33,213 bases of DNA from an uncultured archaeon (GCA_964538165.1 CAZIEL010000002.1:1-33213); one strand, 5' to 3'; shown: positions 1-9,070, numbered from the stretch's first letter. Translations and numbers: made by a program. Notes: generated from the sequence alone by a model not told the origin.

Positions 1-138
1 TTAATCAAACACTAAATAGCGACTTTGGAAAAGATAATTATAATAATAGTTCTTGTAATCGCAACAGTAATCATGAGTAGGACTCCAAGAAAAGAAGACA
101 CTGACCAAAAGTGGGTGGAAAATAAACAATGATTAAGC

Positions 139-187
139 AACCTGCCTTTTTGGAGAGGTCGAAAGCAGGTTTATAAATGTTTTTTTT
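139..187 (+). terminator. Stem-loop followed by a T8 tract; terminator-like element for whatever lies upstream of the window
   Basis: AACCTGC(C)TTT at 139-149 pairs with AAAGCAGGTT at 162-171 (10 bp, one bulged C, 12-nt loop). T8 lies at 180-187. It overlaps a TATA-like box, so its role is ambiguous. Confidence 0.3.
170..178 (+). promoter_or_regulatory. Candidate archaeal TATA box (TTTATAAAT) for the L3 operon
   Basis: TTTATAAAT matches the archaeal TATA consensus (TTTAWA) and has a purine-rich GAAAGCAGG stretch just upstream (BRE-like). It would give a ~150-nt leader before the L3 ATG at 358. Confidence 0.35.
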
Positions 188-357
188 AGGAAATTAGTTA
201 TTGAGTACACTACTCTTGAAGCAATAGGTGAGCTAGCTGAAAAGAGCAAATACCAAAAAACTCTGTTTTTTTGGTTAGAAGATTTTGTCAAAATAGAAGA
301 AATCTTCGCCGAATGTGTATTCTCAATAAAGTGTAAAAATTTGAGAAATGTGATTTA

Positions 358-1371
358 ATGTCAGAATTTAACGCACCAAGAAGAGGATCAATCTCATATT
401 ATCCCCGAGTAAGGGCGAAGAAAGAAACTCCTAGTCTTAGAGGTTATGGAACTGAAAATAAACCACTTAATTTTTTAGTTTACAAAGTTGGAATGGTTCA
501 AGTGCAAGGAAAAAACACGCACAAAGCAAGTCCTTCTTTTAATCACGAAGTTGTGGTGCCAGCAACAGTTGTTGAATGTGCGCCTCTAAAAGTTTTTGGG
601 GTAAGAGCATACGAAAAAGCAGAAGTTGGGTACTGCGTATTAAGTGATGTTATAGCGGATAATGTTGATAAGGAATTAAAGAGGACAATTTTAAATTTTA
701 AACAACCTCAAAACAAAGATGGAAAAGAAAAGAAAGAAGATAAAAAAGAAGAAAAGAAAGAGGACACTTACACAATAGCTGATTTTGAAAAAGAACTTGC
801 AGAGATAGAATATTTCACTTTGTTAGTAAACACACAACCTTCATTTAAGAAAACTCCTGATATAAGCGAAGTATTTCTTGGCGGAACAAAAGAACAACAA
901 TTAGCGTATGCTAAAGAAAAATTGGGAAAAGAACTTCCGCTTGAAGAAGCATTCAAAGAAGGAGAATTTTTGGATGTTAGAGCTGTAACTAGAGGGAAAG
1001 GATTCCAAGGGCCAGTTAAAAGATTTCATGTTAGATCACTTAGACCAAAAAATAAAAGATCAAGAGTAGTTGGATCAATCGGACCATGGCACCCAAATAC
1101 TGTAATGTGGACTGTTGCAAGAGCAGGACAAATGGGGTACCAAAATAGAACAGAAACAAACAAAAAATTAATTAAGATTTCAAAAGATATTACACAAGTT
1201 AATCCAAAATCAGGATTCAATAATTTTGGATTAGTACAAGGAGAATATGCATTAATATTTGGTTCAGTACCTGGGCCAGTTAAAAGATGTATTGCAATAA
1301 GAAAAAGTTTAAGGCCAGCACAACAAGTAGGAGTACAACTTGGTACAGTTGATAAAATATTAATTAATTAG
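358..1371 (+). CDS. rpl3: 50S ribosomal protein uL3 (L3)
   Basis: The N-terminus APRRGSISYYPRVRAKK and the core GKGFQGPVKRF...GPWHP are typical of archaeal L3. It is the first gene of the canonical L3-L4-L23-L2-S19-L22-S3-L29 order. It carries an internal K/E-rich insert (KDGKEKKEDKKEEKKED). Confidence 0.95.
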   Translation: MSEFNAPRRGSISYYPRVRAKKETPSLRGYGTENKPLNFLVYKVGMVQVQGKNTHKASPSFNHEVVVPATVVECAPLKVFGVRAYEKAEVGYCVLSDVIADNVDKELKRTILNFKQPQNKDGKEKKEDKKEEKKEDTYTIADFEKELAEIEYFTLLVNTQPSFKKTPDISEVFLGGTKEQQLAYAKEKLGKELPLEEAFKEGEFLDVRAVTRGKGFQGPVKRFHVRSLRPKNKRSRVVGSIGPWHPNTVMWTVARAGQMGYQNRTETNKKLIKISKDITQVNPKSGFNNFGLVQGEYALIFGSVPGPVKRCIAIRKSLRPAQQVGVQLGTVDKILIN

Positions 1372-1391
1372 TAAATTGAAAGTTGATTTTT

Positions 1392-2246
1392 ATGAAAGCA
1401 GACATAATTGGAATTGATGGAACAACAAAAGGAAGTTTTGAACTTCCAAGTGTTTTCTCTACTGAATATAAACCAAAATTAATCAAAAGAGCTGCACTAG
1501 CAATTCAATCAGCAAAAAAACAACCAAAAGGAGCAGATCCAAGAGCTGGAAAAAAGAATACTGCAATGTACAAGGGATACAGAGGAGTTCCAGCAATGCA
1601 CAGAACAATTAATGTTGAACACGCAAGATTACCAAGACTAAAAAATAGAGGCGCATTATTATACGGAAGAGTTGCATCTGTACCGCACGCGGTTGGTGGA
1701 CCTGCAGCACACCCACTAAAATCATGGGAAATACAAGAAGAATATATTAACAAAAAAGAAAAAAAACTTGCTCTTAAGAGTGCAATCGCAGCAACAACAA
1801 ACAAAGAACTTGTATCAAAAAGATTTGTTGTTGAAAAAGAATTGCCAATCGTAGTTGAAGATAAATTAGAAGATATTGCAAAAACAAAAGAAGTACTTGA
1901 AATGTTTAACAAAATTGGTGTTGGAAAAGATGTTACGACCGCAAAAGAAAAAATAAGAAAGAGAGCAGGAAAAGGAAAATCGAGAGGAAGAGTTTGGAAA
2001 GAAAAGAAAAGTGTTCTAATTGTTACTGGAAAAAATTCTCCTGTGTTAAAGGCATCAAGAAATTTGCCAGGAGTAGAAGCAGTAACAGCGCAATCACTAA
2101 ATGTTGATTTGTTAGCTCCCGGAGCAGAAGCAGGAAGATTAGTTGTTTACACAAAAAGTGCTGTAGAAGAACTTGGAAAAGAAAAAGAAGGGGCTACAGT
2201 AAAGAAAAAAACAGAAGTTAAAGAAAAAATAGTTAAGAAAAAATGA
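1392..2246 (+). CDS. rpl4: 50S ribosomal protein uL4 (L4/L1e)
   Basis: MKADIIGIDG...RAGKKNTAMYKGYRGVPAMHR...GKGKSRGR match L4, and the gene follows L3 as expected. The ORF opens at TTG 1383; I chose the in-frame ATG at 1392. The C-terminal tail is K-rich. Confidence 0.9.
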   Translation: MKADIIGIDGTTKGSFELPSVFSTEYKPKLIKRAALAIQSAKKQPKGADPRAGKKNTAMYKGYRGVPAMHRTINVEHARLPRLKNRGALLYGRVASVPHAVGGPAAHPLKSWEIQEEYINKKEKKLALKSAIAATTNKELVSKRFVVEKELPIVVEDKLEDIAKTKEVLEMFNKIGVGKDVTTAKEKIRKRAGKGKSRGRVWKEKKSVLIVTGKNSPVLKASRNLPGVEAVTAQSLNVDLLAPGAEAGRLVVYTKSAVEELGKEKEGATVKKKTEVKEKIVKKK

Positions 2247-2266
2247 TTTACACTTAGGGATCAAAA

Positions 2267-2665
2267 ATGGTTAAACTAAAAGAAGAAGAAAAACGACAAG
2301 CACAAGCTGAAAAAGCTAAGGAAGTTTCTAAAGATGAAAAGAACAAAGAAGCAAAGGCAAAACAAGCAGAGAAAGTTGAATCAGCTTTAGCAAAAACTGC
2401 AACACTTCACGACCTTGATGTATTAAGACACCCACTTGTAACAGAAAAAGCAGTTGGGATGATAGAAGCAGAAAACAAAGTTACATTTGTTGTTGATGAT
2501 AATTCATCAAAACCAGAAATAAAAAAAGTAATAGAAGAAGCATATGGAGTAAAAGTAACAAAAATTAATGTTATTAGAGACATGAAAGGAAGAAAAAAAG
2601 CAATTGTTAAATTAGATAAGAAATTTAAAGCAAGCGAACTTGCAACAAAACTAGGAGTTTTGTAA
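2267..2665 (+). CDS. rpl23: 50S ribosomal protein uL23 (L23)
   Basis: The core is LRHPLVTEKAVGMIEAENKVTFVVD...EEAYGVKVTKINV. The position between L4 and L2 fits. There is a ~45-aa K/E/A-rich N-terminal extension. Confidence 0.9.
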   Translation: MVKLKEEEKRQAQAEKAKEVSKDEKNKEAKAKQAEKVESALAKTATLHDLDVLRHPLVTEKAVGMIEAENKVTFVVDDNSSKPEIKKVIEEAYGVKVTKINVIRDMKGRKKAIVKLDKKFKASELATKLGVL

Positions 2666-2704
2666 AAAAAGGTGGATTATTGAAATTTTTTGAAAGTGAA
2701 ATTT

Positions 2705-3415
2705 ATGGGTAAACGATTAATCTCACAAAGAAGTGGAAAAGGATCCCACACATTCAAAGCAAAGCATAAGGGAATAGAAGCAAAGTACATTATTCAACAA
2801 GAAGGGGTAATGAAAGGAGAAATAACTGACTTAATTAAAGAAAATGGAAGAAATGCAATAATTGCAGAAATCACTTTTATTGATGGAAAGAAAGAATACA
2901 TTCCTGCAGCAGAAGGAATTGCTTTAGGACAAAAAGTACAACAAGGAAAAGGAGCAGAAATAGCAACTGGAAATGTTTTATATTTAGAAGAATTGCCTGA
3001 AGGATGCCCAGTTTATAATTTAGAAAAAATCGCTGGGGATGGAGGAACACTGATAAAATCAAGTGGAAGTTACGCTTTATTAATGGCAAAAGATAGCAAG
3101 AAAGCAACAATAAAAATGCCATCAGGAACACTATTAGTTTTACCGCTTGTTTGTAGAGCAACAATAGGAAATGTTTCATGTGGTGGAAGAAAAGATAAGC
3201 CAATGGTAAAAGCAGGAAACGCATTCTTTGCATTTAAATCAAAAAGAAAAATGTATCCACGAGTAAGAGGAGTAAAGATGAATGCTGTTGATCATCCATT
3301 CGGAGGAGCAGCACACCACGCAGGAAAATCAAAGAGTACATCAAGAAATGCTCCGCCTGGAAGAAAAGTTGGACACATTGCTTCAAGCAGAACAGGAAGA
3401 CTAAAGAAGGGCTAA
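2705..3415 (+). CDS. rpl2: 50S ribosomal protein uL2 (L2)
   Basis: MGKRLISQRSGKGS and VDHPFGGAAHHAGKSKSTSRNAPPGRKVG are L2 hallmarks. The ORF opens at TTG 2690; I chose ATG 2705. Confidence 0.95.
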   Translation: MGKRLISQRSGKGSHTFKAKHKGIEAKYIIQQEGVMKGEITDLIKENGRNAIIAEITFIDGKKEYIPAAEGIALGQKVQQGKGAEIATGNVLYLEELPEGCPVYNLEKIAGDGGTLIKSSGSYALLMAKDSKKATIKMPSGTLLVLPLVCRATIGNVSCGGRKDKPMVKAGNAFFAFKSKRKMYPRVRGVKMNAVDHPFGGAAHHAGKSKSTSRNAPPGRKVGHIASSRTGRLKKG

Positions 3416-3455
3416 AAATAGGAGAATATTTGAAAAATTGGTTAAGGTGTATAAA

Positions 3456-3854
3456 ATGGCTGGAATAAAAGAAATAACATTCAAGGGAAAAAAATTACCT
3501 GAATTATTAGAATTGAGTATGCAAGATTTCGCTAAATTATGCACTTCAAGAGCAAGAAGAACTCTGTTAAAAAATGGAATTGATAAAAAAATATTGAAAA
3601 AAATAGAAACTGCAAAGAAAAATCCAAAAGCAAAAGCAATTAGAACCCACAGAAGAGATATTGTAATAGTTCCACAAATGGTTGGAGCAAAAATATCAGT
3701 ATACAAAGGAAAAGATTGGGAAACTGTTGAAGTAAATGAAAAAATGCTTGGACATTATTTAGGAGAATTTGCACTTACAAGAAAGAGATTACAACACGGA
3801 AAAGCTGGAATTGGGGCAACAAAGTCTTCAACTGCAGTAACCGCAAGAGGATAA
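3456..3854 (+). CDS. rps19: 30S ribosomal protein uS19 (S19)
   Basis: FKGKKLPELLELSMQDFAKLCTSRARRTL...THRRDIVIVPQMVG...VYKGKDW match S19. GGTG lies 6 nt upstream of ATG 3456; the ORF opens at TTG 3438. Confidence 0.9.
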   Translation: MAGIKEITFKGKKLPELLELSMQDFAKLCTSRARRTLLKNGIDKKILKKIETAKKNPKAKAIRTHRRDIVIVPQMVGAKISVYKGKDWETVEVNEKMLGHYLGEFALTRKRLQHGKAGIGATKSSTAVTARG

Positions 3855-3870
3855 AAGTAGAAAGATTGAG

Positions 3871-4350
3871 ATGGTATTTATGGCTGGAATCAATTATCAA
3901 GCAGATGTTGGAAAAGAAAGTAAAATTGCAAGAGCAATGATAACTAACTCTCCAATATCAATGAAATATTCAGTAGAACTTTGTAATCAAGTGAAAACAA
4001 AGCCAGTAAATCAAGTAATTGATTTCTTAAAAAGAATAGAATCTCATGAAGAGTATTTGCCCTTACTAAAATATCACAAAAAAGTTGCGCACAGAAAGGG
4101 GAATGCAAAAAATGGAGCAAAAGCGGGAAGATATCCTCAAAAAGTTGTAAGAGAATTTATTAAGTTACTTGAACTTGCAAAATCAAATGCAGACTTTAAA
4201 GGACTTGATGCGGAAAAACTATTAATCATTCACATTTACGCAAATATGGGGATGAATAGATTCAGTTATCAATCCAAAGGAAGAATAGCAGGAAAAGCAA
4301 GAAGAAGAAACGCAACAAATATCGAAGTAATAGTTCAAGAAATGAAGTAA
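3871..4350 (+). CDS. rpl22: 50S ribosomal protein uL22 (L22)
   Basis: ARAMITNSPISMKYSVELCNQVKTKPVNQVIDFL and the synteny support L22. An alternative in-frame ATG lies at 3880. Confidence 0.9.
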   Translation: MVFMAGINYQADVGKESKIARAMITNSPISMKYSVELCNQVKTKPVNQVIDFLKRIESHEEYLPLLKYHKKVAHRKGNAKNGAKAGRYPQKVVREFIKLLELAKSNADFKGLDAEKLLIIHIYANMGMNRFSYQSKGRIAGKARRRNATNIEVIVQEMK

Positions 4351-4378
4351 AGGGATTAAATTTACAAGGTGTGAAACA

Positions 4379-5164
4379 ATGATAGAACGAACATTCATAC
4401 AAAAAAATTTCAATAAAATGGAACTTGAAGATTACCTGACAAAAAAACTTGACAGGGCTGGGTTCTCACATTTAGAAATAATAAAAACACCATTAGTAAC
4501 AAGAATTGTTTTGCACGTGGCAAAACCTGGATTTGCTATCGGAAAAGGCGGGTCAACAATTAAAACACTTACAGATATAGTTGCAAACAAATACAAAATT
4601 GATAACCCTCAAATAGAGATACAAGAAATAAAAACTCCAAATTTGAATGCAAAAATACTTGCGCAAAGAATGGCCGGAATGATACAAAGAGAATTTTCTT
4701 GGAGAAGTGTTGCTTACAAATTAGTAAAAGATGTAGTAGATTCTGGAGCACAAGGAGTAGAACTTGTAGTAAAAGGAAAATTATCTGGAAAAGGTGGAAG
4801 AAAAAGAAAAGTAAGAATAGCTTATGGTTATATGAAAAAACTCGGGGCACAAACTAAGTGGGTTGACTATGCTAAAGCAGCAGCTTATCCAAAATCAGGA
4901 GCAATAGGAATTAGATTGAGAATAATTAGACCTGATGTAATTTTCCCAGATAAAATTGATGTTAAAAAAGCAATAACTGCTCTAAAGACAGTTGAAAAAG
5001 AAGTTACTGAACAAAAAGAAGTAAAAAAAGAAGAAAACACAATGGAAGTAACTGAAATAGAAGTAAAAGCAGCAATAGTTGATGAAAAAAAAGAAGAAAT
5101 AAAAGAAAAGAAAGAAGAAGCAAAAGAACACAAAGAACAAAAAGTTGTTGAGAAAAAAGAATGA
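4379..5164 (+). CDS. rps3: 30S ribosomal protein uS3 (S3), KH domain
   Basis: It has a KH-type GKGG motif (VAKPGFAIGKGGSTIKTLTD) and the expected position. GGTG lies upstream of the ATG. There is a ~60-aa K/E-rich C-terminal tail. Confidence 0.93.
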   Translation: MIERTFIQKNFNKMELEDYLTKKLDRAGFSHLEIIKTPLVTRIVLHVAKPGFAIGKGGSTIKTLTDIVANKYKIDNPQIEIQEIKTPNLNAKILAQRMAGMIQREFSWRSVAYKLVKDVVDSGAQGVELVVKGKLSGKGGRKRKVRIAYGYMKKLGAQTKWVDYAKAAAYPKSGAIGIRLRIIRPDVIFPDKIDVKKAITALKTVEKEVTEQKEVKKEENTMEVTEIEVKAAIVDEKKEEIKEKKEEAKEHKEQKVVEKKE

Positions 5165-5182
5165 TAAAAAGAGGCGAACAAA

Positions 5183-5395
5183 ATGACACTAAAACACCAA
5201 GAATTACTAAAACTTTCTGAAAGAGAGTTGAATGAAAAAGCAATGGAATTAAAACAAGAGTTGTCTAAAGAGAGAGCAGTAATTGCAAGCGGTACAAGAA
5301 GTGAAAAACCAGGAAAAATAAGAAAACTTAGAAGAGAAATTGCAAGAATATTAACAGCATTAAATGTAAAAAATAAAAAGGAGACAAGGAAATAA
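5183..5395 (+). CDS. rpl29: 50S ribosomal protein uL29 (L29)
   Basis: The 70-aa helical protein reads LSERELNEKAMELKQELSKERA...IRKLRREIARILT, typical of L29, and follows S3. Confidence 0.88.
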   Translation: MTLKHQELLKLSERELNEKAMELKQELSKERAVIASGTRSEKPGKIRKLRREIARILTALNVKNKKETRK

Positions 5396-5707
5396 ATGCA
5401 AGAAGTGGACAAAATCAGTGGCCTACCAAAGGATTTGTTTGATATTAGCAATATTGCTAAAGATCAGCAAAAAATAAAAGTAGAAGTAATAAGGAGAAAG
5501 TTCTCTAAGTTTGTTACTTTGGTAAGTGGAATTGATGATAAAGAGACACTAAAAGAAATGGGAAAAGAAATGAAACAAAAATTTGCATGTGGTGGAACAG
5601 TAAGAGAAAATGAAATTGAATTGCAAGGAAAACACAAAAACAGGGCAATTGATTTTTTGATTAGCAAAGGTTATAAGAGAGAATTGATAGAAGCAAGAGG
5701 ACAATAA
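5396..5707 (+). CDS. sui1: Translation initiation factor aSUI1 (eIF1 homologue)
   Basis: The SUI1 core is KIKVEVIRRKFSKFVTLVSGID...FACGGTV...IELQGKH. Its ATG directly abuts the L29 stop. This position in the spc-like cluster is known from other archaea. Confidence 0.88.
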   Translation: MQEVDKISGLPKDLFDISNIAKDQQKIKVEVIRRKFSKFVTLVSGIDDKETLKEMGKEMKQKFACGGTVRENEIELQGKHKNRAIDFLISKGYKRELIEARGQ

Positions 5708-5726
5708 AAAAAAGGAGAAGTGGATA

Positions 5727-6023
5727 ATGATTAAAGGGAAGTGTTACGAAATCACAGAAAAAAATCTTTTGGGTCACGAAATGATTGGCTTAAGAGTTAA
5801 TGTGACAAAAAGCACTGACAAAGCGAGAGAGGGAACAAAAGGAATTGTGTTAGATGAAACACAAAATACCTTTGTAGTACTTACTAGCGATGGAAAAGGA
5901 AAACAAGTACTCCCAAAAAAAGAGTGCGAGTTTGAATTTGATTTAGAAAAAGAAAAAGTGATTGTAAAAGGAAAAGATATTTTGAAAAGACCAGAAGATA
6001 GAGTGAAAGAATTTAGAAATTGA
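5727..6023 (+). CDS. rnp1: RNase P protein component 1 (Rpp29/Pop4 homologue)
   Basis: LLGHEMIGLRVNVTKSTDKAREGTKGIVLDETQNTFVV resembles the Rpp29 Sm-like core. The slot between SUI1/L29 and S17 is the conserved one. Confidence 0.8.
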   Translation: MIKGKCYEITEKNLLGHEMIGLRVNVTKSTDKAREGTKGIVLDETQNTFVVLTSDGKGKQVLPKKECEFEFDLEKEKVIVKGKDILKRPEDRVKEFRN

Positions 6024-6043
6024 TTTTTGAGAGATGATGAAAA

Positions 6044-6373
6044 ATGGCTGAAAAAAAAGCAAAAAAAGAAAAAAAAGTTGCAATAGTTGTTGAAAAGGTT
6101 GCTGGAAAAGAAATAGTTTATCCAATAAGAGGAAATATTTTTGAGGGAAAAGTAACAAGTGCAAAAGCAGATAAGACAGTTACAGTTGAAAGAGAAGTAA
6201 CACAATATGTTCCAAAATATGAAAGATATAAAAAGATTAAATCAAAGATAAAAGCTCATAATCTTTTGAGTATTAATGCGAAAGAAGGAGATTTAGTTAA
6301 AATTGGAGAAACAAGAAGAATATCCAAAACAAAATCATTTGTGGTAATGGAAATAATTGGAAAATCAATGTAA
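6044..6373 (+). CDS. rps17: 30S ribosomal protein uS17 (S17)
   Basis: GNIFEGKVTSAKADKTVTVERE...KYERYKKIKSKIKAHN...GDLVKIGETRRISKTK matches S17. Confidence 0.9.
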   Translation: MAEKKAKKEKKVAIVVEKVAGKEIVYPIRGNIFEGKVTSAKADKTVTVEREVTQYVPKYERYKKIKSKIKAHNLLSINAKEGDLVKIGETRRISKTKSFVVMEIIGKSM

Positions 6374-6397
6374 ATTGAAATTTATTGGTGATGATGA

Positions 6398-6796
6398 ATG
6401 AAAGCAATGAGTATACCGAACAATAATGCATTAACATTACACAGCAGAATACTTTGCGCTGATAATAGTGGAGCAAAAGAAGTTGATATTATTTCAGTAT
6501 TTGGATACAAAAGTAGGAAAAAACAATATCCTAGTGCAGGAATTGGATCACTAGTTAATGTTGTAATAAAGAAAGGGAAACCTGAAATGAAAGGAAAGAT
6601 TGAAAGAGCAGTTATAATTAGAACAAGACAAGAATTTAGAAGACCAAACGGAATGAGAGTAAAGTTTGATGATAATGCAGTGGTTCTTGTTGATGAAGAA
6701 GGATTGCCAAAAGCAAGTGAAATAAAAGGATGCGTTGCTAAGGAAGTTGGAGAAAGATTTCCAAAGATAGTTGGACTTGCGCCAATGGTAGTTTAA
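6398..6796 (+). CDS. rpl14: 50S ribosomal protein uL14 (L14)
   Basis: LCADNSGAKEVDIISV...VIIRTRQEFRRPNGMRVKFDDNAVVLV matches L14. GGTGA lies upstream of the ATG. Confidence 0.93.
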   Translation: MKAMSIPNNNALTLHSRILCADNSGAKEVDIISVFGYKSRKKQYPSAGIGSLVNVVIKKGKPEMKGKIERAVIIRTRQEFRRPNGMRVKFDDNAVVLVDEEGLPKASEIKGCVAKEVGERFPKIVGLAPMVV

Positions 6797-6822
6797 ATTT
6801 ATTGTAAAAATTAGGTGAAAAG

Positions 6823-7176
6823 ATGAGTAAAAAACCAAGTAAGACAAGAAAAGAAATGTACAATATGCCGATGCACAAAGCATCAAAACAAGTTGCTTCA
6901 CACTTAAATGAAAAACTAGCTAAGGAATTCAAAAAAAGATCAATTCCTGTAAGAAAAGGCGATACTGTAAAAATAATTAGAGGAGATAATAAAGGAAAAG
7001 AAGGAAAAATAACTGCTGTAAATAGACACAGCAGAAAAATATTTGTTGAAAAAGTAGTTACAAAAAGAAGCAATGGTGAAGAAAAACAAATTGCAATTGA
7101 CGCATCAAAAGTAATAATTAAGGATGTTGACAGAACTGACCGAAAAAGATTTGAAGTTAAGAAGGAAAAAAACTAA
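6823..7176 (+). CDS. rpl24: 50S ribosomal protein uL24 (L24), KOW motif
   Basis: The KOW motif is VRKGDTVKIIRGDNKGKEGKI. GGTGA lies 4 nt upstream of the ATG, and the synteny fits. Confidence 0.9.
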   Translation: MSKKPSKTRKEMYNMPMHKASKQVASHLNEKLAKEFKKRSIPVRKGDTVKIIRGDNKGKEGKITAVNRHSRKIFVEKVVTKRSNGEEKQIAIDASKVIIKDVDRTDRKRFEVKKEKN

Positions 7177-7204
7177 AAGGAAAATGGCGTGAAAAGGTGA
7201 TTTT

Positions 7205-7915
7205 ATGAGTAACAAGGGAGAAAACAAAAAAGCAAAAGCAATAAGCATGCCGCGAACAGTACACGTAAGTAGAAAAGAAAACTTTTGGACTGTAAGAACA
7301 AAAGCAGGGCCATTTAACAAAGAAACTTCAGTTGCACTTGGAATTGTATTAAGAGATTATGCAAAATTAGTAAAGACAATGAAAGAAGTGAAACACATTC
7401 TTAACTCAAAAGAAGTAAAAGTAAATGGGATTACAAGAGAATCACACCAATTTCCAGTGGGATTGTTTGATGTAATTAGTATAACTAAACAAAAAGTATT
7501 CTTTAGAGTGCTTTTGGATGATAAACAAAGATTAATCTTAAAACAAATGAGTGAAGACAGTAACGAAAAAATATCAAAAGTAACAAACAAAGTAATGAAT
7601 TCAAAAGGAATTCAATTAACAACAAATGATGGAAGAACATATTATGGTGTGAAAGCAAATGTTGGAGACTCATTAAAGATAAAATTGCCTGAAGGAAAAG
7701 TTGAAAGTGTACTTGAATTCAAAGAAGGAATGGCAGCGTACTTGACAAAAGGAGCTAACTGTTCAAAAGTTGCAACAATAAAAGAAATTGTTCCAGCAAC
7801 ACAAAGAAGAGATAAATTAGTAAAATTCATTGATGGAAAAGAAGAATTTGAAACTACTGCAGTAAATGTTATGGTAGTAGGAAAAACAAAAGCAGAAATT
7901 GAAGGATTGAATTAA
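7205..7915 (+). CDS. rps4e: 30S ribosomal protein eS4 (S4e)
   Basis: The 236-aa protein has FWTVRTKAGPFNKETSVALGIVLRDY...VKVNGITRESHQFPVGLFDVISI, an S4e-type N-terminal/S4/KOW arrangement. It sits in the slot after L24. Confidence 0.93.
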   Translation: MSNKGENKKAKAISMPRTVHVSRKENFWTVRTKAGPFNKETSVALGIVLRDYAKLVKTMKEVKHILNSKEVKVNGITRESHQFPVGLFDVISITKQKVFFRVLLDDKQRLILKQMSEDSNEKISKVTNKVMNSKGIQLTTNDGRTYYGVKANVGDSLKIKLPEGKVESVLEFKEGMAAYLTKGANCSKVATIKEIVPATQRRDKLVKFIDGKEEFETTAVNVMVVGKTKAEIEGLN

Positions 7916-7934
7916 ATAAATTTGGAGAAATGGG

Positions 7935-8438
7935 ATGAGATTTATGCAACAAGTATTATTAGACAAAGTAGTAGTGAATATGGGAATAGGTTCTGATCCT
8001 GACGAAATGAAAAAAGGAATCCAAATAATCCAAATTATTACTGGAAAAAAACCTTCTCAAAGACGATCCTTCGCAAAAATCCCTGATTGGGGATTAAGAC
8101 CGGGTGTTCTTGTGGGACTTATTGTTACTCTTAGAGGAAAGGATGCAATTGAATTTTTGAAAAAAGCTTTCCAAGCAAAAGAAAATAAACTTGCAGCAAA
8201 AAGTTTTGATAATGCTGGAAACTTTGGATTTGGGGTAAGAGAATATATTGATTTACCTGGTGCAAAATATGATCCAAAACTGGGAATAAAAGGATTTGAT
8301 GTGCTTGTTTCATTGAAGAAAAAAGGATATAGAGTTAAAGTAAGGAAATTAAAAACATCAAAAGTAGGAAAAGCACAAAGAGTGAGTGTGCCAGAAGCAA
8401 TAGAATTTGTAAAACAATTAGGTGTGGAAGTAGAATAA
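7935..8438 (+). CDS. rpl5: 50S ribosomal protein uL5 (L5)
   Basis: KVVVNMGIG...FGFGVREYIDLPGAKYDPKLGIKGFDV matches L5. An alternative ATG lies at 7944. Confidence 0.93.
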   Translation: MRFMQQVLLDKVVVNMGIGSDPDEMKKGIQIIQIITGKKPSQRRSFAKIPDWGLRPGVLVGLIVTLRGKDAIEFLKKAFQAKENKLAAKSFDNAGNFGFGVREYIDLPGAKYDPKLGIKGFDVLVSLKKKGYRVKVRKLKTSKVGKAQRVSVPEAIEFVKQLGVEVE

Positions 8439-8467
8439 TATTTGTGTAATTATTTGAGGCAGATAGC

Positions 8468-8668
8468 ATGAATTATGAAGACAAAGCAAAAAAGCCAGTA
8501 GTAAAAAAGCAAAAATCAAGAAACGAGGCTTTGAAGAAAAGAACCGTTGGAGTAAGAGAGTGCAAAATTTGCGGTGCAAGAAAAGGAATGATTAGAAAAT
8601 ACAAACTTGGAATTTGCAGAAGATGCTTTAAAGAAAGAGCACAAGATTTAGGCTGGGAGAAGTTTTGA
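8468..8668 (+). CDS. rps14: 30S ribosomal protein uS14 (zinc-binding type)
   Basis: The CxxC...CxxC pattern is present (CKICGARKGMIRKYKLGICRRCFKE). The gene lies between L5 and S8. Confidence 0.9.
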   Translation: MNYEDKAKKPVVKKQKSRNEALKKRTVGVRECKICGARKGMIRKYKLGICRRCFKERAQDLGWEKF

Positions 8669-8677
8669 GGTGAAAAA

Positions 8678-9070
8678 ATGGCGCAACAAGACCCAATAGT
8701 GGATGCATTAACAAAAATAAGGAATGCTGAACAAGCTTCACGAACACAAGTAAGCTTAAGGCCTGCCTCAAATTTTTTAGGAGAAGTACTAAAAATTGCA
8801 CAACAAAATGGTTACATTGAAGGATTTGAAAAGAAAGAAAACAAAGGATTAATCTCAATCGATGTTAAATTAGTCGGAAAAATTAATGAGTGCAAGGCAA
8901 TAAAACCAAGATATGCAGTTAAGAAAACAGAATTTGAAAAATATGAAAAGAGATACTTACCAGCAAGAGATGTTGGATTAATTATAGTATCAACACCAAA
9001 AGGACTAATGACACATATTGAAGCAAAATCAAAAGGACTTGGGGGAAGATTAATCGCATTCATGTATTAG
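8678..9070 (+). CDS. rps8: 30S ribosomal protein uS8 (S8)
   Basis: DPIVDALTKIRNAEQA...LGGRLIAFMY matches S8. GAGGTGA lies upstream of the ATG. Confidence 0.93.
   Translation: MAQQDPIVDALTKIRNAEQASRTQVSLRPASNFLGEVLKIAQQNGYIEGFEKKENKGLISIDVKLVGKINECKAIKPRYAVKKTEFEKYEKRYLPARDVGLIIVSTPKGLMTHIEAKSKGLGGRLIAFMY

Noticed and set aside
12-140. A short minus-strand ORF (ATG at 74 or TTG at 140, stop at 12-14) with a hydrophobic tail. Also a 19-aa plus-strand ORF at 73-132.
   Set aside because: Both are too short (20-43 aa), have no SD and no recognisable motif. The region is better explained as terminator/promoter/leader sequence.
700-5164. Short periodic AAG/GAA/AAA repeats that superficially resemble tandem-repeat or CRISPR-like periodicity.
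   Set aside because: They are in-frame Lys/Glu codon runs inside genes. There are no repeat-spacer units of 25-40 nt and no cas genes, so nothing in the window qualifies as a CRISPR array. I also found no inverted-repeat-flanked mobile element, transposase or integrase.
4885-5451. Long minus-strand ORFs opposite the coding regions. Examples are 4885-5451 (188 aa), 5774-6205, 12227-12658, 21914-22354, 28745-29185, 31048-31539, 3401-3706 and 1505-1912.
   Set aside because: All lie antisense to confidently identified conserved genes. Their products are Phe/Leu/Ser-rich low-complexity strings. That is expected from reading AAA/GAA/AAG-rich sense codons backwards, since TTT/TTC/CTT contain no stop codons. 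They have no SD motifs and no recognisable domains.
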